Shown here piece by piece: positions 19,432 to 29,818 of a DNA stretch of 64,000 nucleotides; position 1 is the stretch's first letter, and each line of letters begins with the position of its first letter. Source of the DNA: Parcubacteria group bacterium (GTDB taxonomy: Bacteria; Patescibacteriota; Patescibacteriia; Buchananbacterales; UBA6539). Position numbers and translations under genes: made by a program. Location: positions 1,171-65,170 of the forward strand of contig NYZP01000002.1 of the NCBI GenBank assembly GCA_002687175.1, in the 5' to 3' direction. The notes beneath the pieces are model-generated. The model searched no databases. It had not been told where the DNA came from and was given only the letters and a program-made list of their open reading frames with translations.

Positions 19432-19486
19432 ACTAACACATTTTTAGCACAAAAATTGAATTACCTGCCAAAAATGTGTTAGTTAA
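19432..19486. promoter_or_regulatory. Perfect 15-bp inverted repeat (AACTAACACATTTTT ... AAAAATGTGTTAGTT) with a roughly 25-nt spacer, upstream of the 229-aa gene. Candidate operator.
   Basis: Read directly. The arms are exact reverse complements. Confidence 0.4.
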
Positions 19487-19647
19487 GTAAGATAAATTTT
19501 AACGAACAATACATTAGAATAGCATATTCTGGTAATTTTGTCAATCCCCCCACCTTTTAGTTAAAAGGTGGGGGACTAAAAAAATAGCTAGAATTAGCTA
19601 TTTTTAATACTTAGGCTAGAGGTATTTTTATTGGATAATTAGATTGG

Positions 19648-22419
19648 TTATTGAATTGGGTTAAGACTGCCCCAATTGTTCCCTACTTCTATATGGGTCT
19701 CTACCGGAGTTTTTAGTTTATAAACTTCTTCCATTTTAGTTTCAACAAATTTGGCTACCTTTTTAAGGTCTTGGTCAGGCACTTCAAAAACCAGTTCATC
19801 ATGCACCTGGAGAATCATTTTAGTTTTTTCTGATATTTCTGGTAAACCTTTATCTATTTCAATCATCGCTAACTTCATCAAGTCAGCGGCAGTTCCTTGA
19901 ATGGGATGATTAATGGCTGCTCGCTCGGCTCCAGCCCTAACTTGTTGAATATTAGAATTTATTTCTGGTAAATAACGACGACGACCAAAAAAAGTTTCAA
20001 CATAACCTTTTTCGGTCGCTAGATCTTTAACATCTTCTAGGTAGTCGTTAATTTTAGAGTGAACATCAAAGTAACGACTAATAAAATCTCGGGCGTCTTG
20101 ATAGCTGATGTCAGCGGTTTGGGCTAGACCATGAGGACCCTGGCCATAAATAATTCCAAAATTAATTGCCTTGGCGGCATAGCGCATTGGTTTAGTAACT
20201 TTTTCTAAAGGCACCTCATTAATTTCAGCGGCGGTACGGCTGTGAATGTCTTCACCTTTTTTAAAACTATCAATCATTCTTTTGTCATTAGCCAGCGAAG
20301 CAATTATTCGTAGTTCAATTTGTGAATAGTCAGCCGACAGCAGTTTGAATCCTTTGGGAGCAATAAAACCTTTTCTAATTTGTTGTCCCAGCTCAGTTCT
20401 GATAGGGATATTTTGTAGATTTGGGTCTGATGAAGATAACCGACCAGTGGCAGCGACGGTTTGATTAAAGCTGGTGTGGATTCGATTGTTTGAATCAACC
20501 AGCTTTGGTAGAGCATCTAGGTAAGTTGATTTTAATTTAGCCAGCTCACGAAATTTTATAATGTGATCAACAATCTTATGTTCGCCCTGGAGTTTAATGA
20601 GCTCTGAAGCAGCAGTAGAGATACCAGTCTTGGTACGGGCCAGACCCTCGGTTGGAATTTTAAGTTTATCAAATAAAACCTCCTTAAGTTGTAGCGGTGA
20701 TGCAATGTTAAATTTGGTTTTGGCCAGTTTATGAATTTTGTTTTCTAAGGCTATTATGTCCTTGCCAACCTGGATACCCATTTTGTTGAGGAAAGCTGTA
20801 TCAATGAGTACACCATTTTTTTCGGTGTTAGCCAGCGCAGTAATCAGTGGGACTTCAATTTTTTCCAGTAAGCCCAAGTTATTTTTACTTTTTAATTCCT
20901 TGGTTAAACCAGCAACTAAACGCCAGGTAAAGTCCGCGTCTTCGCAAGCATAGTCGGCTACTTTATCAAGTGGTACTTCCTTCAAAGTAATTTGGTCTTT
21001 ACCCTTACCGATAAGATCAGTAATTGGTTGCATTTCATGCCCCAGTTCAGTAAACACTAGACCATCCAGGTTATGCTGTCTACTACCCGGATTAATTAGG
21101 TAAGAAGCAATCATGGTATCAAAAGATATCCCTTTTAATTCCAGCCCTGCGCTATTTAAGACTTCCAAATCAAATTTTATATTATGACCAATTTTTTTTA
21201 TTTTCTCATCAGCTAAAATGGGGCTGATTATTTCTAGCCAGGGTTTCTGAGCCGGTTCGCCTTGGCTCGCGCTCGGCGAGACAGGTAAATAATAAGCCGT
21301 ACCATTTTGCCAACAAAAACTGAGGCCTAAAAGTTCTGAATTAAATGGATCAAGACCGGAAGTTTCTGTATCAACAGCAAAAACCTTCTGGCTTTTTAGA
21401 TCATTAACAAATTTGGTAAAGTCAGCCTCTGTCTTGATCAGTGTATATTTTTCATTTTTTACAATTTTTGATTCAGCAGGTTTAGCAGTAGAGCCAAAGT
21501 TAAAACTGTCTTGAGCTTTAGTTTTGCCAGTTTGTAAATCTTTGGGTAACTTGGCAATGAGTGTCCGAAATTCTAACTCCTGAAATAGTGGCATTACTTT
21601 ACCAATATCATACTTTTCTATTTTGGCGTCAGACAACTTAAATTTAATTGGCACATCATCAACCAAGATGACTAATTTTTTTGACATCATTGCTTCTTTT
21701 TTTTGATCCTTTAGTAAACCACGATATCGATCAGATATTTTTTCAGAGTCAATGTTTTTATAAATATTGTCCAAAGTCTTAAACTCACTAAGTAAGTTAA
21801 TTGCCCCCTTGTCACCAATACCGCGAATCCCAGGAATATTGTCTGATGGGTCGCCCCGCAAAGCCTTGTAGTCAATCATTTGTTCCGGACCCAGGCCACC
21901 ATAACGACGCTTCACCGCCGCAATATCATAGGTAATGGTGTCGGACATCCCTTGGCGCATAGTAAAAACCTCGGTGTTATTATCAACTAGCTGTAAAGCA
22001 TCCATATCACCAGTCACAATAACCGACTTTATTTTTTCAACATCTTTGTCTTTAACTAAAGTAGCAATGACGTCATCAGCTTCATAACCTTTCTTTTCAT
22101 AAATTGGTATATTAAAAACAGAAATTATCTCCTTCACTCGAGGCAGTTGATCATAAAGCTCGTCTACTTGTTCAGCTCGGTGAGCCTTATAGTCTTCAAA
22201 CTGTTTATGGCGAAACGTTGGCGCCGCCAAATCAAAAGCCACGGCCATGTAATCTGGTTTCAAATCTTTTAAAACCTTAACCATGATCATTGTAAAACCA
22301 TAGACAGCATTTACTATCTCCCCAGATTTCGTGGAAAGGGTTGGCGGAATGGCATGCCAGGCGCGATGAAGTAAAGCATTCCCGTCTATTACTATAAATT
22401 TTTCTTTATTTTTTGACAT
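19648..22419 (-). CDS. polA: DNA polymerase I (5'-3' exonuclease, 3'-5' exonuclease-like and polymerase domains).
   Basis: Polymerase motifs A, B and C (DYSQIELR, RRAAKAINFGIIYG, QVHDELVFE) and an N-terminal FEN domain. Confidence 0.95.
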   Translation of the reverse strand: MSKNKEKFIVIDGNALLHRAWHAIPPTLSTKSGEIVNAVYGFTMIMVKVLKDLKPDYMAVAFDLAAPTFRHKQFEDYKAHRAEQVDELYDQLPRVKEIISVFNIPIYEKKGYEADDVIATLVKDKDVEKIKSVIVTGDMDALQLVDNNTEVFTMRQGMSDTITYDIAAVKRRYGGLGPEQMIDYKALRGDPSDNIPGIRGIGDKGAINLLSEFKTLDNIYKNIDSEKISDRYRGLLKDQKKEAMMSKKLVILVDDVPIKFKLSDAKIEKYDIGKVMPLFQELEFRTLIAKLPKDLQTGKTKAQDSFNFGSTAKPAESKIVKNEKYTLIKTEADFTKFVNDLKSQKVFAVDTETSGLDPFNSELLGLSFCWQNGTAYYLPVSPSASQGEPAQKPWLEIISPILADEKIKKIGHNIKFDLEVLNSAGLELKGISFDTMIASYLINPGSRQHNLDGLVFTELGHEMQPITDLIGKGKDQITLKEVPLDKVADYACEDADFTWRLVAGLTKELKSKNNLGLLEKIEVPLITALANTEKNGVLIDTAFLNKMGIQVGKDIIALENKIHKLAKTKFNIASPLQLKEVLFDKLKIPTEGLARTKTGISTAASELIKLQGEHKIVDHIIKFRELAKLKSTYLDALPKLVDSNNRIHTSFNQTVAATGRLSSSDPNLQNIPIRTELGQQIRKGFIAPKGFKLLSADYSQIELRIIASLANDKRMIDSFKKGEDIHSRTAAEINEVPLEKVTKPMRYAAKAINFGIIYGQGPHGLAQTADISYQDARDFISRYFDVHSKINDYLEDVKDLATEKGYVETFFGRRRYLPEINSNIQQVRAGAERAAINHPIQGTAADLMKLAMIEIDKGLPEISEKTKMILQVHDELVFEVPDQDLKKVAKFVETKMEEVYKLKTPVETHIEVGNNWGSLNPIQ

Positions 22420-22602
22420 GGTTTAGGTTCTTAGGTTTTTAGCTCTTTAGTTTATTAATCAAATCCCTAAGAAGCTAAAAAGCTACTACCTAGCATTATA
22501 ACATTCTTCGGAGATTCAAGCCTATTTATAGGGTAGTTATAGGTATTTGACACTATAGTATGGTATAGGTATAATTAAAATACTAGTAATTTAATAGGAT
22601 TT

Positions 22603-23025
22603 ATGTCTTACCTAGGAACAATTTCATCTAGAGAATATAATGGATTAAAGCTGGCCATGCAGTTAGCTCAGACTTATTATGACCAAAAATCAATTTCTTT
22701 GGCTGATATAAGTAAATCTGAAAACATTTCTTTTAAATATTTGGAACAGTTAATTACCCCTTTTCGTCAGGCTGGCTGGATTAAAGCTCAGCGTGGACGA
22801 GGTGGTGGCTATGTTATGACCAAGGATCCTAAGACCATTTCTTTAAAGGAAATTATGAAGATGTTAAATGATGAGCCCAGGATGTTAGTTTGCCTGGAAG
22901 ATAATTATAAACATGATTGTCCATTAGATAGTGATTGTTCCTCTCAGTTAGTTTGGAAAGAAATTAAAAGTTCAATTGATAATTCATTAGAAAAAATTAC
23001 TTTGTCTAAAGTTTTAAAAAAATAA
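22603..23025 (+). CDS. Rrf2-family transcriptional regulator (IscR/SufR-like) preceding the suf operon.
   Basis: N-terminal wHTH and the Rrf2 pattern GGGYVMTKDP, placed upstream of sufC. Confidence 0.8.
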   Translation: MSYLGTISSREYNGLKLAMQLAQTYYDQKSISLADISKSENISFKYLEQLITPFRQAGWIKAQRGRGGGYVMTKDPKTISLKEIMKMLNDEPRMLVCLEDNYKHDCPLDSDCSSQLVWKEIKSSIDNSLEKITLSKVLKK

Positions 23026-23088
23026 TTCATTAAGATAATAAAGTTGGTCACTATTACGTTGGCCAGCTTAAATTAGTGGCAACAATTT

Positions 23089-23847
23089 ATGGCAAAATCA
23101 GTAAAAATAGTAAAGAAGAATTTAACCATTCAAAAGTTAAAGACCAGCATTAGCGGGAAATCAATTTTGCAAGGAGTCGATCTAGTCATTAGGCCAGGCA
23201 AGGTAGTGGCTTTGATGGGTACTAACGGTTCCGGCAAATCAACTCTGGCTCAAGTCTTAATGGGAAACCCAGAATATAAAATTGATTCTGGAAAAGTAAC
23301 CTGGCAGGGAAAAAATATATTAAAGTTAACTCCTGGAGATCGGGCCAAAATGGGACTGTTCATGTCATTTCAGTATCCTCATGAATTACCGGGAGTAAAC
23401 ATGTACGAATTTTTATCAACTTCTTATAAATCTATTTTTGGTGAAAAGATTCATCAAGCCAAATTTGAGACTGAGCTTAAAAAGGAAATGAAGACCTTAA
23501 AGTTATCAGATAAATATCTTGATCGTTCAGTTAACGATGGATTCTCTGGCGGGGAAAAGAAAAAGTCAGAAATTTTGCAGTTAAAATTGTTGCAGCCAAA
23601 AATGGCTATCTTGGACGAAACCGATTCTGGATTAGACATTGATGCTTTAAAATTAATTGCAAAAAATATTACTGCTCTGAGATCAAGCAGCCGAGGTTTT
23701 TTGGTAATTACTCATTATCAAAGATTGTTAAACTATATTAAACCTGATTATGTTCACGTAATGATGGATGGCAAGATTGTTAAAAGTGGTGGCCCAGGGC
23801 TTGCCAAAGTGTTAGAAAAAAAAGGGTACCATTGGTTAAAAAAATAG
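23089..23847 (+). CDS. sufC: Fe-S cluster assembly ATPase SufC.
   Basis: ABC ATPase with Walker A GTNGSGKST, signature LSGGEKK and the SufC-specific C-terminus. Confidence 0.9.
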   Translation: MAKSVKIVKKNLTIQKLKTSISGKSILQGVDLVIRPGKVVALMGTNGSGKSTLAQVLMGNPEYKIDSGKVTWQGKNILKLTPGDRAKMGLFMSFQYPHELPGVNMYEFLSTSYKSIFGEKIHQAKFETELKKEMKTLKLSDKYLDRSVNDGFSGGEKKKSEILQLKLLQPKMAILDETDSGLDIDALKLIAKNITALRSSSRGFLVITHYQRLLNYIKPDYVHVMMDGKIVKSGGPGLAKVLEKKGYHWLKK

Positions 23848-23859
23848 AAATTTAGATAT

Positions 23860-25257
23860 ATGCAAACAAAGACAATTAACATCAATCAAGCTAAATACAG
23901 TTTTAAAGACCCTCAAAATTATGTCTTTAAAACACCAAAGGGTTTAAATGAAAAAGTGATTAGACAGATTTCCAAACAAAAAAAAGAACCCAGCTGGATG
24001 CTAGATATTAGACTTAAAGCTTTTAAGGCATTTTTGAAAAAACCAATGCCTGAATGGGGTGGTAATTTGAAAGATATTGATTTTGATAATATTACTTATT
24101 ATATAAAACCATCAGATAAATCAGCCACCAGTTGGAATAAAGTACCCAAAAAAATTAAGAATACATTTGAACGTTTAGGAATCCCTCAAGCCGAACGTAA
24201 GTTTTTGGCCGGGGTTGGAGCTCAATATGAATCAGAGGTTATCTATCACAGTTTAAAAAAACGTTGGACTAAATTAGGTGTTATTTTTGCTGATATGTCC
24301 GAAGCCCCCAAACTTTATCCGGAGTTGGTTAAAAAGTATTTTGGTTCCTCTGTCCCCTATAATGACAATAAGTTTGCGGCTTTAAACACGGCGGCTTGGT
24401 CTGGTGGTTCATTTATTTATGTTCCAAAAGGTGTTCATGTTGAGGCGCCACTGCAAGCTTATTTCAGAATTAATGCCCCATCAATGGGACAGTTTGAGCG
24501 AACCCTTATCTTAGTTGATGAAGGAGCTTCAGTTCACTATATTGAAGGTTGCACTGCCCCAACTTATTCTAAAGATTCTTTGCACGCTGCCGTTGTAGAA
24601 TTAGTAGCAATGAAGAATTCTAAGGTTAGGTATACTACCATTCAGAATTGGTCCAGCAATGTTTACAATTTAGTGACTAAACGAGCCATTGCTCACGAAG
24701 GAGCTTTAGTAGAATGGGTTGATGGTAATCTGGGTTCAAAGCTAACTATGAAATACCCAGCAGTAATTTTGAAAGGTGAAGGATCTAAAGCTGACATACT
24801 ATCAATTGCCTTTGCCGGAGATAAACAACACCAGGATACGGGAGCCAAGGTAATTCATTTAGCTTCTAACACCACTTCTAATATTGTATCTAAATCAATT
24901 TCTAAAGATGGTGGAAGATCTTCTTATCGTGGGTTGGTTCAGGTTGCTAAACAGGCAAACAATTGTAAGGTAAAAGTAAATTGTGATGCCCTGCTAGTAG
25001 ATAAAAAATCTAGATCCGACACTTACCCGCTTATGAAAATTAATAACAAAAAAGTAACCGTTGAACATGAAGCTAGTGTTTCCAAGGTTAACGAAGAGCA
25101 GTTATTTTATCTAATGTCCCGTGGTTTATCACAGGAAGAAGCAGAAAGAATGATTGTCACCGGGTTTTTAGAAATTTTTGCCAAAGAATTACCCTTGGAG
25201 TATGCTGTTGAATTAAATAGACTTATTGAAATGGAGATGGAGGGCAGTGTTGGTTAA
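23860..25257 (+). CDS. sufB: Fe-S cluster assembly scaffold SufB.
   Basis: SufB/SufD beta-helix core and length, following sufC. Confidence 0.9.
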   Translation: MQTKTININQAKYSFKDPQNYVFKTPKGLNEKVIRQISKQKKEPSWMLDIRLKAFKAFLKKPMPEWGGNLKDIDFDNITYYIKPSDKSATSWNKVPKKIKNTFERLGIPQAERKFLAGVGAQYESEVIYHSLKKRWTKLGVIFADMSEAPKLYPELVKKYFGSSVPYNDNKFAALNTAAWSGGSFIYVPKGVHVEAPLQAYFRINAPSMGQFERTLILVDEGASVHYIEGCTAPTYSKDSLHAAVVELVAMKNSKVRYTTIQNWSSNVYNLVTKRAIAHEGALVEWVDGNLGSKLTMKYPAVILKGEGSKADILSIAFAGDKQHQDTGAKVIHLASNTTSNIVSKSISKDGGRSSYRGLVQVAKQANNCKVKVNCDALLVDKKSRSDTYPLMKINNKKVTVEHEASVSKVNEEQLFYLMSRGLSQEEAERMIVTGFLEIFAKELPLEYAVELNRLIEMEMEGSVG

Positions 25258-25262
25258 AAATT

Positions 25263-26234
25263 ATGCCTACAAAGACCAAGTCAAAGACCTTAAAATTTAC
25301 ACCACATGATCTGATACAACAGATTGAAGGGTATGAACAGCTTAAAGCCAAAGGGTTAACGGTGAACAGTTTAACCAAGGCCTCGGTTTTAGCTAAGAAA
25401 AAAATTGACAGATTTTTACCTAAGAAGCTGAAGTCTGTTTTGGTTATTGAAGTACCGGCCGAAACCGAAGCGGTTATTAAATTTACCAATCCCATTTTTT
25501 CTCTTAAAATTAATCTTTGTTTTGTGGTTGGTGCCAGAGCCAAAGTAACTATTTTTGATAATCAGCAACCAGCCCAAGATGCTAGCAATGAAGGCGGTGT
25601 ATATGCTATAGCAGACAAGGACAGTTTGGTTGACTATCTGATCGTCAACAGTAAGCAACCCAATACCCAGATGTTTTACGCTGCCTACCCCAGCCAAGGT
25701 ACTAAGTTTAACTGGTATTTAGTGGGTAAGCTTAACGGTGAAAAACATGATATTACGGTGGTAATTAATCATCTATTAGATAAGAGTTGGGGAACCATAA
25801 CTTCAGCCATTGATTTTGGTAAAAATTCAAAATCAATTGTTAAATTAATTAACAATCATCAAAGTAAAGGGAGTCAGGGTGATATTGTTTTTAAAGGCCT
25901 AGGAAAAGATAATGCTCGGGCCAGGATTGACGGCTTAATAGAAATTGGTAAAAAGGCAATTGATACCAATTCTTATTTACAAGAGGATGTTTTATTGGTT
26001 TCGCCAGGTAGTAATATTGATGCTCAACCAAATTTAGAGATTTTAAATAATGAAGTAAAGGCCTCTCATGGTGCAACTTTGGGAAGTGTTGATCCTAAGG
26101 TTTTGTTTTACTTAATGTCTCGAGGCCTTTCTGCCAGTCAAGCCGAGAAGCTTATCATCGGTGGTTTTTTAGGGAATATTACTCGTGATATTGAAAATGA
26201 GTTAGTGGCTGAACAGTTTAAAAATAGCTTGTAG
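25263..26234 (+). CDS. sufD: Fe-S cluster assembly protein SufD.
   Basis: Paralogous C-terminal region ([24 protein letters not shown]) resembling SufB, in operon position. Confidence 0.75.
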   Translation: MPTKTKSKTLKFTPHDLIQQIEGYEQLKAKGLTVNSLTKASVLAKKKIDRFLPKKLKSVLVIEVPAETEAVIKFTNPIFSLKINLCFVVGARAKVTIFDNQQPAQDASNEGGVYAIADKDSLVDYLIVNSKQPNTQMFYAAYPSQGTKFNWYLVGKLNGEKHDITVVINHLLDKSWGTITSAIDFGKNSKSIVKLINNHQSKGSQGDIVFKGLGKDNARARIDGLIEIGKKAIDTNSYLQEDVLLVSPGSNIDAQPNLEILNNEVKASHGATLGSVDPKVLFYLMSRGLSASQAEKLIIGGFLGNITRDIENELVAEQFKNSL

Positions 26235-26255
26235 CTTGTAGCTTGTAGCTTGTAG
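26224..26255. repeat. (TAGCTTG)x4 tandem heptamer overlapping the sufD stop, 15 nt upstream of the sufS ATG.
   Basis: Read directly. Places TAG in all three frames. Confidence 0.9.
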
Positions 26256-26269
26256 CTTGTAGGAATTTT

Positions 26270-27511
26270 ATGGCTAAGAAAAATATTAAAAATATCAAAA
26301 AGGATTTCCCAATTTTTAAGAATGTTAAAGTTCATGGCAAGGCATTTATTTATCTTGATTCAGGAGCCACCAGTCAGAAACCTAAAATGGTGGTTGAAGC
26401 CGAAGCCAACTGGTACAAAAAACATAACTCTAATATTCATCGGGGAGCCTACCAACTGGCTGAAGAAGCGACTGAGCTGTTTGAATCAACTAGGTCTAAA
26501 GTAGCTTCTTTCATAAAATCTAAAAGTCACGAGAATATTGTTTTTACCAAAGGGACTACTGATGGTATTAACTTAGTAGCTCAGTCGTGGGTTAAGCATA
26601 ATTTGAAACGTGGTGATACCATTTTAATTAGTGAGATGGAACATCATTCAAACATTGTACCTTGGCAACTGCTAGCCAAAGAAAAAGGCTTTAAGTTAAA
26701 GTTTTGGCCAGTGACTTCTGATGGTAAACTGGACATGACAAATATGAATAGTCTTTTTCGGGAAGTTAAATTTTTAAGCCTTATTCATGTCTCTAATGTT
26801 TTAGGGACAATTAATCCGGTGGAAGAGATTATTAAGAAAGCTCATCGTAAAAATATCAAAGTGTTGATTGATGCCGCCCAAAGTGTTCCCCACCGGCCAA
26901 TTGATGTTAGTAAGATGGATCCAGATTTTTTAGTGTTTTCATCCCACAAGATGCTGGGACCAACCGGTATTGGTGCTTTATACATTAAGCCAGCTCGCCA
27001 TAAAGAGGTTCGACCCTACCAAAGTGGCGGTGACATGATTTTAGAAGTTAAGCAGCAAGGTTCAACGTTTAAACCAGTGCCGGGAATATTTGAAGCCGGA
27101 ACACCAGCCTTAGCTCAAGTTTTTGCTTTTGGCAAAGCCATAGATTATTTAAATAGCGTGGGGATGCAAAATGTTTTACGTCACGAAAAGTCTTTGGTAC
27201 AATATGCTTATCAGAAGCTGTCAGCCATTCCGGAAGTAACTATTTATGGCCCTAAACCAGCAAATCGTTCTGGTCTGGTCAGTTTTACGGTCAAAGGCAT
27301 TCATGCTCATGACTTAGCAACGTTTTTAGACAAAGAAGGTGTTGCTATTCGAGCTGGTCACCACTGTGCCATGCCGCTGCATCATAAATTAAAAATTGAT
27401 GCTACAGCTAGAGCCAGTTTTTATATCTATAACACTAAACAAGACGTTGATAAGTTAGCTAAGGCATTACAATTAATTCTCAAACAATGGCAGAGCTCTA
27501 TAAACAAGTAG
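26270..27511 (+). CDS. sufS: Cysteine desulfurase SufS.
   Basis: Class V aminotransferase with PLP-lysine region SSHKMLGPTGIG and catalytic Cys region RAGHHCA. Confidence 0.9.
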   Translation: MAKKNIKNIKKDFPIFKNVKVHGKAFIYLDSGATSQKPKMVVEAEANWYKKHNSNIHRGAYQLAEEATELFESTRSKVASFIKSKSHENIVFTKGTTDGINLVAQSWVKHNLKRGDTILISEMEHHSNIVPWQLLAKEKGFKLKFWPVTSDGKLDMTNMNSLFREVKFLSLIHVSNVLGTINPVEEIIKKAHRKNIKVLIDAAQSVPHRPIDVSKMDPDFLVFSSHKMLGPTGIGALYIKPARHKEVRPYQSGGDMILEVKQQGSTFKPVPGIFEAGTPALAQVFAFGKAIDYLNSVGMQNVLRHEKSLVQYAYQKLSAIPEVTIYGPKPANRSGLVSFTVKGIHAHDLATFLDKEGVAIRAGHHCAMPLHHKLKIDATARASFYIYNTKQDVDKLAKALQLILKQWQSSINK

Positions 27512-27867
27512 TTTTTCGACACTACAAAAGTCCGTTGAATAAACGTAAATTGATCAAACCATCTAAGAAATTTAGAGGGGTTAATCCTTTTTGTGGTGAC
27601 AGTCTGGAAATTTTTGTTAAGTTAGATAAGAGTAAAAAGATTAAAGAAATTGGCTGGGAGGGCAAAGGCTGTACCATTTCTCAAGCCTCGGCTTCTATTT
27701 TAACTGAAATGATGAAAGGTAAATCTTTGGAGCAAATTAAAAAGATTAAAAGTGGTCAGTTTTTAAAGAATTTAAATATGAATTTATCACCATCCCGTCG
27801 CAAGTGTGCTTTACTTTCTTTGTATACCATTAAAGAACTGGACATTACTGATCAGGAAGCAGTTTAA
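27487..27867 (+). CDS. sufU: SUF-type NifU/SufU Fe-S scaffold protein.
   Basis: Conserved Cys ligands (NPFCGD, GKGCTISQAS, RRKCA). Confidence 0.8.
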   Translation: MAELYKQVVFRHYKSPLNKRKLIKPSKKFRGVNPFCGDSLEIFVKLDKSKKIKEIGWEGKGCTISQASASILTEMMKGKSLEQIKKIKSGQFLKNLNMNLSPSRRKCALLSLYTIKELDITDQEAV

Positions 27868-27912
27868 TTAAGTTTATTATAATTCAGGTTTGATTAACCT
27901 GTTTTTTATTAA

Positions 27913-27945
27913 ATAAAAAAGCGCGAGTTGATTGTTCTCAAAACG
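27913..27945 (-). terminator. Terminator for the convergent minus-strand pentapeptide/dapA-like operon.
   Basis: On the minus strand: stem cagcgcg...cgcgct followed by a T6 run. Confidence 0.5.
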
Positions 27946-27995
27946 CGCTGTGTATGTCCTGTTGGACAAGACTCTGATTAAGCGTAGAGTCTTTT

Positions 27996-28331
27996 CTATT
28001 CTTCCTCGACCGTAAAGGCCAGTGCTTTTACCATTGCTATGGCCTGGTCAGGGTTTATCCTGGTGCCCTGTACATTTGCAAAAGCTAGGTTCGCTCCCTC
28101 CAGATTTGCTCCTCTGAGATCCGCTGAAACAAGACTAACATTTCTTAGATCCGCGTCTCTTAGATCCGCGTCTCTCAGATCTGCGCCCCGCATGGATGGT
28201 ATCCACCTACGGTCTTTCTTTCTCAAACCTGCATTTCGAGCAGCGTTAAACCGCGGAACGTCCTTTCTCAGTTCGTCAGCCAATTCTTGATATCCAAGAT
28301 TAACCCAATCTACTTCTGTCGCGGTACCCAT
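27996..28331 (-). CDS. Pentapeptide-repeat protein (mid-GC island).
   Basis: Consecutive A(D/N)LxxA(D/N)L pentapeptides (GADLRDADLRDADLRNVSLVSADLRGANLEGANLAFANVQG). Confidence 0.75.
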   Translation of the reverse strand: MGTATEVDWVNLGYQELADELRKDVPRFNAARNAGLRKKDRRWIPSMRGADLRDADLRDADLRNVSLVSADLRGANLEGANLAFANVQGTRINPDQAIAMVKALAFTVEEE

Positions 28332-28380
28332 TTTTATCAGTCTCCTTTTCCGTTATTTGTTTTAGTTTTCTGAAAAGAGC

Positions 28381-29475
28381 TTAGGCGCAAAGTTCACTCC
28401 AGATACGGTGATCCATCAGACGTTTGGCAATATCCACTTCGTAGAACTCCTCAATTGGCTGAAGGATTTCCGGGCTTTCGGTCCAGACAATGTTCAAAGC
28501 ACCGCAAACCCTATCAACGGCTGACACGGACATCTTGCCAAGGGGCATTCGGAGAAACCCGGTGTCCATTCCCAGTCCGGCCATCATCGTTTGGATTGGA
28601 CAGGGGTTAGGGAATTTGTCTTCCACCATGACTTTTTGACCGTGGAATTCTACTTCTCGCTGCACACTCACCCCCACTAAACCGAACAGTGGTTTAAGCT
28701 GGCCGGCCAATTTTTGACCTGTTTGACTGTCACCAGATTGAAAGGCCGCCACCATCTTAGCCACTGCTGCTGGGGCAATGTTACTGATAACCGAGACAAC
28801 ACCGTTACCGTTGATGAGTGGGTCAGTCATCATTGATCCAGTGATTGAATCATCGCCACTCATAATGGAAAACTGTCGTCCGTCGATCATGTTTACGAAA
28901 CGTCGGGTTTCTTGCATGTTTGATAAACTACCAGTGGCTTCTTTGACTCCAATAACATTTGGCCACTGCTCTGCCAAAATTGCCAGATCAACTGGCATAA
29001 GCTGGCAGTTGGTTCGTCCCGGTATGGCATATACTACGTAGCCAACATCGGGGTAAGCGTCGGCCAATGTTCCGGCAATCGGACTGTGGTACTGGTCTCG
29101 CAGTTGTATTGAGGCTGGTTTGTTATAATAACAATCAACCAACAGTACCACATCGGCTCCGTCTCTGGCAGCCGCAGTTGCCATTTCCATGGCCTCCAAA
29201 GTTGAATTTGATCCAGCACCGGCCCAGGCTTGAATTTGCTTGGACGTAATCTCCGCGACAAGCCGGTTTAACTTGATGTGCATTCCTGGATCAACCGTTG
29301 GAGAACAAAACGTTGTCCCTAAAGACAGAACTCCAGTGACACCTTGCGCCATTTGAAACTCAACGTTTCTTTCCAGCTGCTTGCAGTCTTCTTTGCCCTC
29401 AAGATTCAGTGGACCAATCAAGGCAGTTACTGCTCCATTACAGATCATAACTATAACCTCCTGTTGAATTCTCAA
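28381..29475 (-). CDS. DapA-family lyase (4-hydroxy-tetrahydrodipicolinate synthase/NAL superfamily, mid-GC island). The likely start is the second Met at about 29448.
   Basis: DapA-like motifs GTTFCSP (vs GTTGE), CYYNKP (vs PYYN) and the Schiff-base lysine motif VIGVKEATG. AGGAGG RBS 7 nt before the ATG of MICNGA. Confidence 0.8.
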   Translation of the reverse strand: MRIQQEVIVMICNGAVTALIGPLNLEGKEDCKQLERNVEFQMAQGVTGVLSLGTTFCSPTVDPGMHIKLNRLVAEITSKQIQAWAGAGSNSTLEAMEMATAAARDGADVVLLVDCYYNKPASIQLRDQYHSPIAGTLADAYPDVGYVVYAIPGRTNCQLMPVDLAILAEQWPNVIGVKEATGSLSNMQETRRFVNMIDGRQFSIMSGDDSITGSMMTDPLINGNGVVSVISNIAPAAVAKMVAAFQSGDSQTGQKLAGQLKPLFGLVGVSVQREVEFHGQKVMVEDKFPNPCPIQTMMAGLGMDTGFLRMPLGKMSVSAVDRVCGALNIVWTESPEILQPIEEFYEVDIAKRLMDHRIWSELCA

Positions 29476-29818
29476 CGTTTTTTATTCCTGATGGAATGAT
29501 TTACCTTAGTTCAAATATGACCTTTTGTCAACCACAGTCGCTCGAGAGCGACGTGGTCAATATCCTTGTAATTTAATGAGTAAACCCGCCACCTTCTACA
29601 ATGTGACGAGGTAAACAAAAAACTGCCTGTCCAAGCAGATTATTTTGTACCAACTTAGTAAAAAGGTAATCAACCTGGACTAGAAGTCCGGTTTCCTAAC
29701 CTTTCCGTCGGAGACGAGATGCGCCTTCGGCGATTTGTTGTTAGCACAGTAATTCATATAATTAGATTATCATTACCCTAGTTTTTCGTCAATATAAATG
29801 TTAAAATATGAGTAAATT

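Noticed and set aside
29476-29760. Lysine (L-box) riboswitch ahead of the dapA-like gene.
   Set aside because: Only a loose CGCCGAAGG resemblance. I could not find the conserved L-box helices by eye. It is retained only as an unspecified structured leader.
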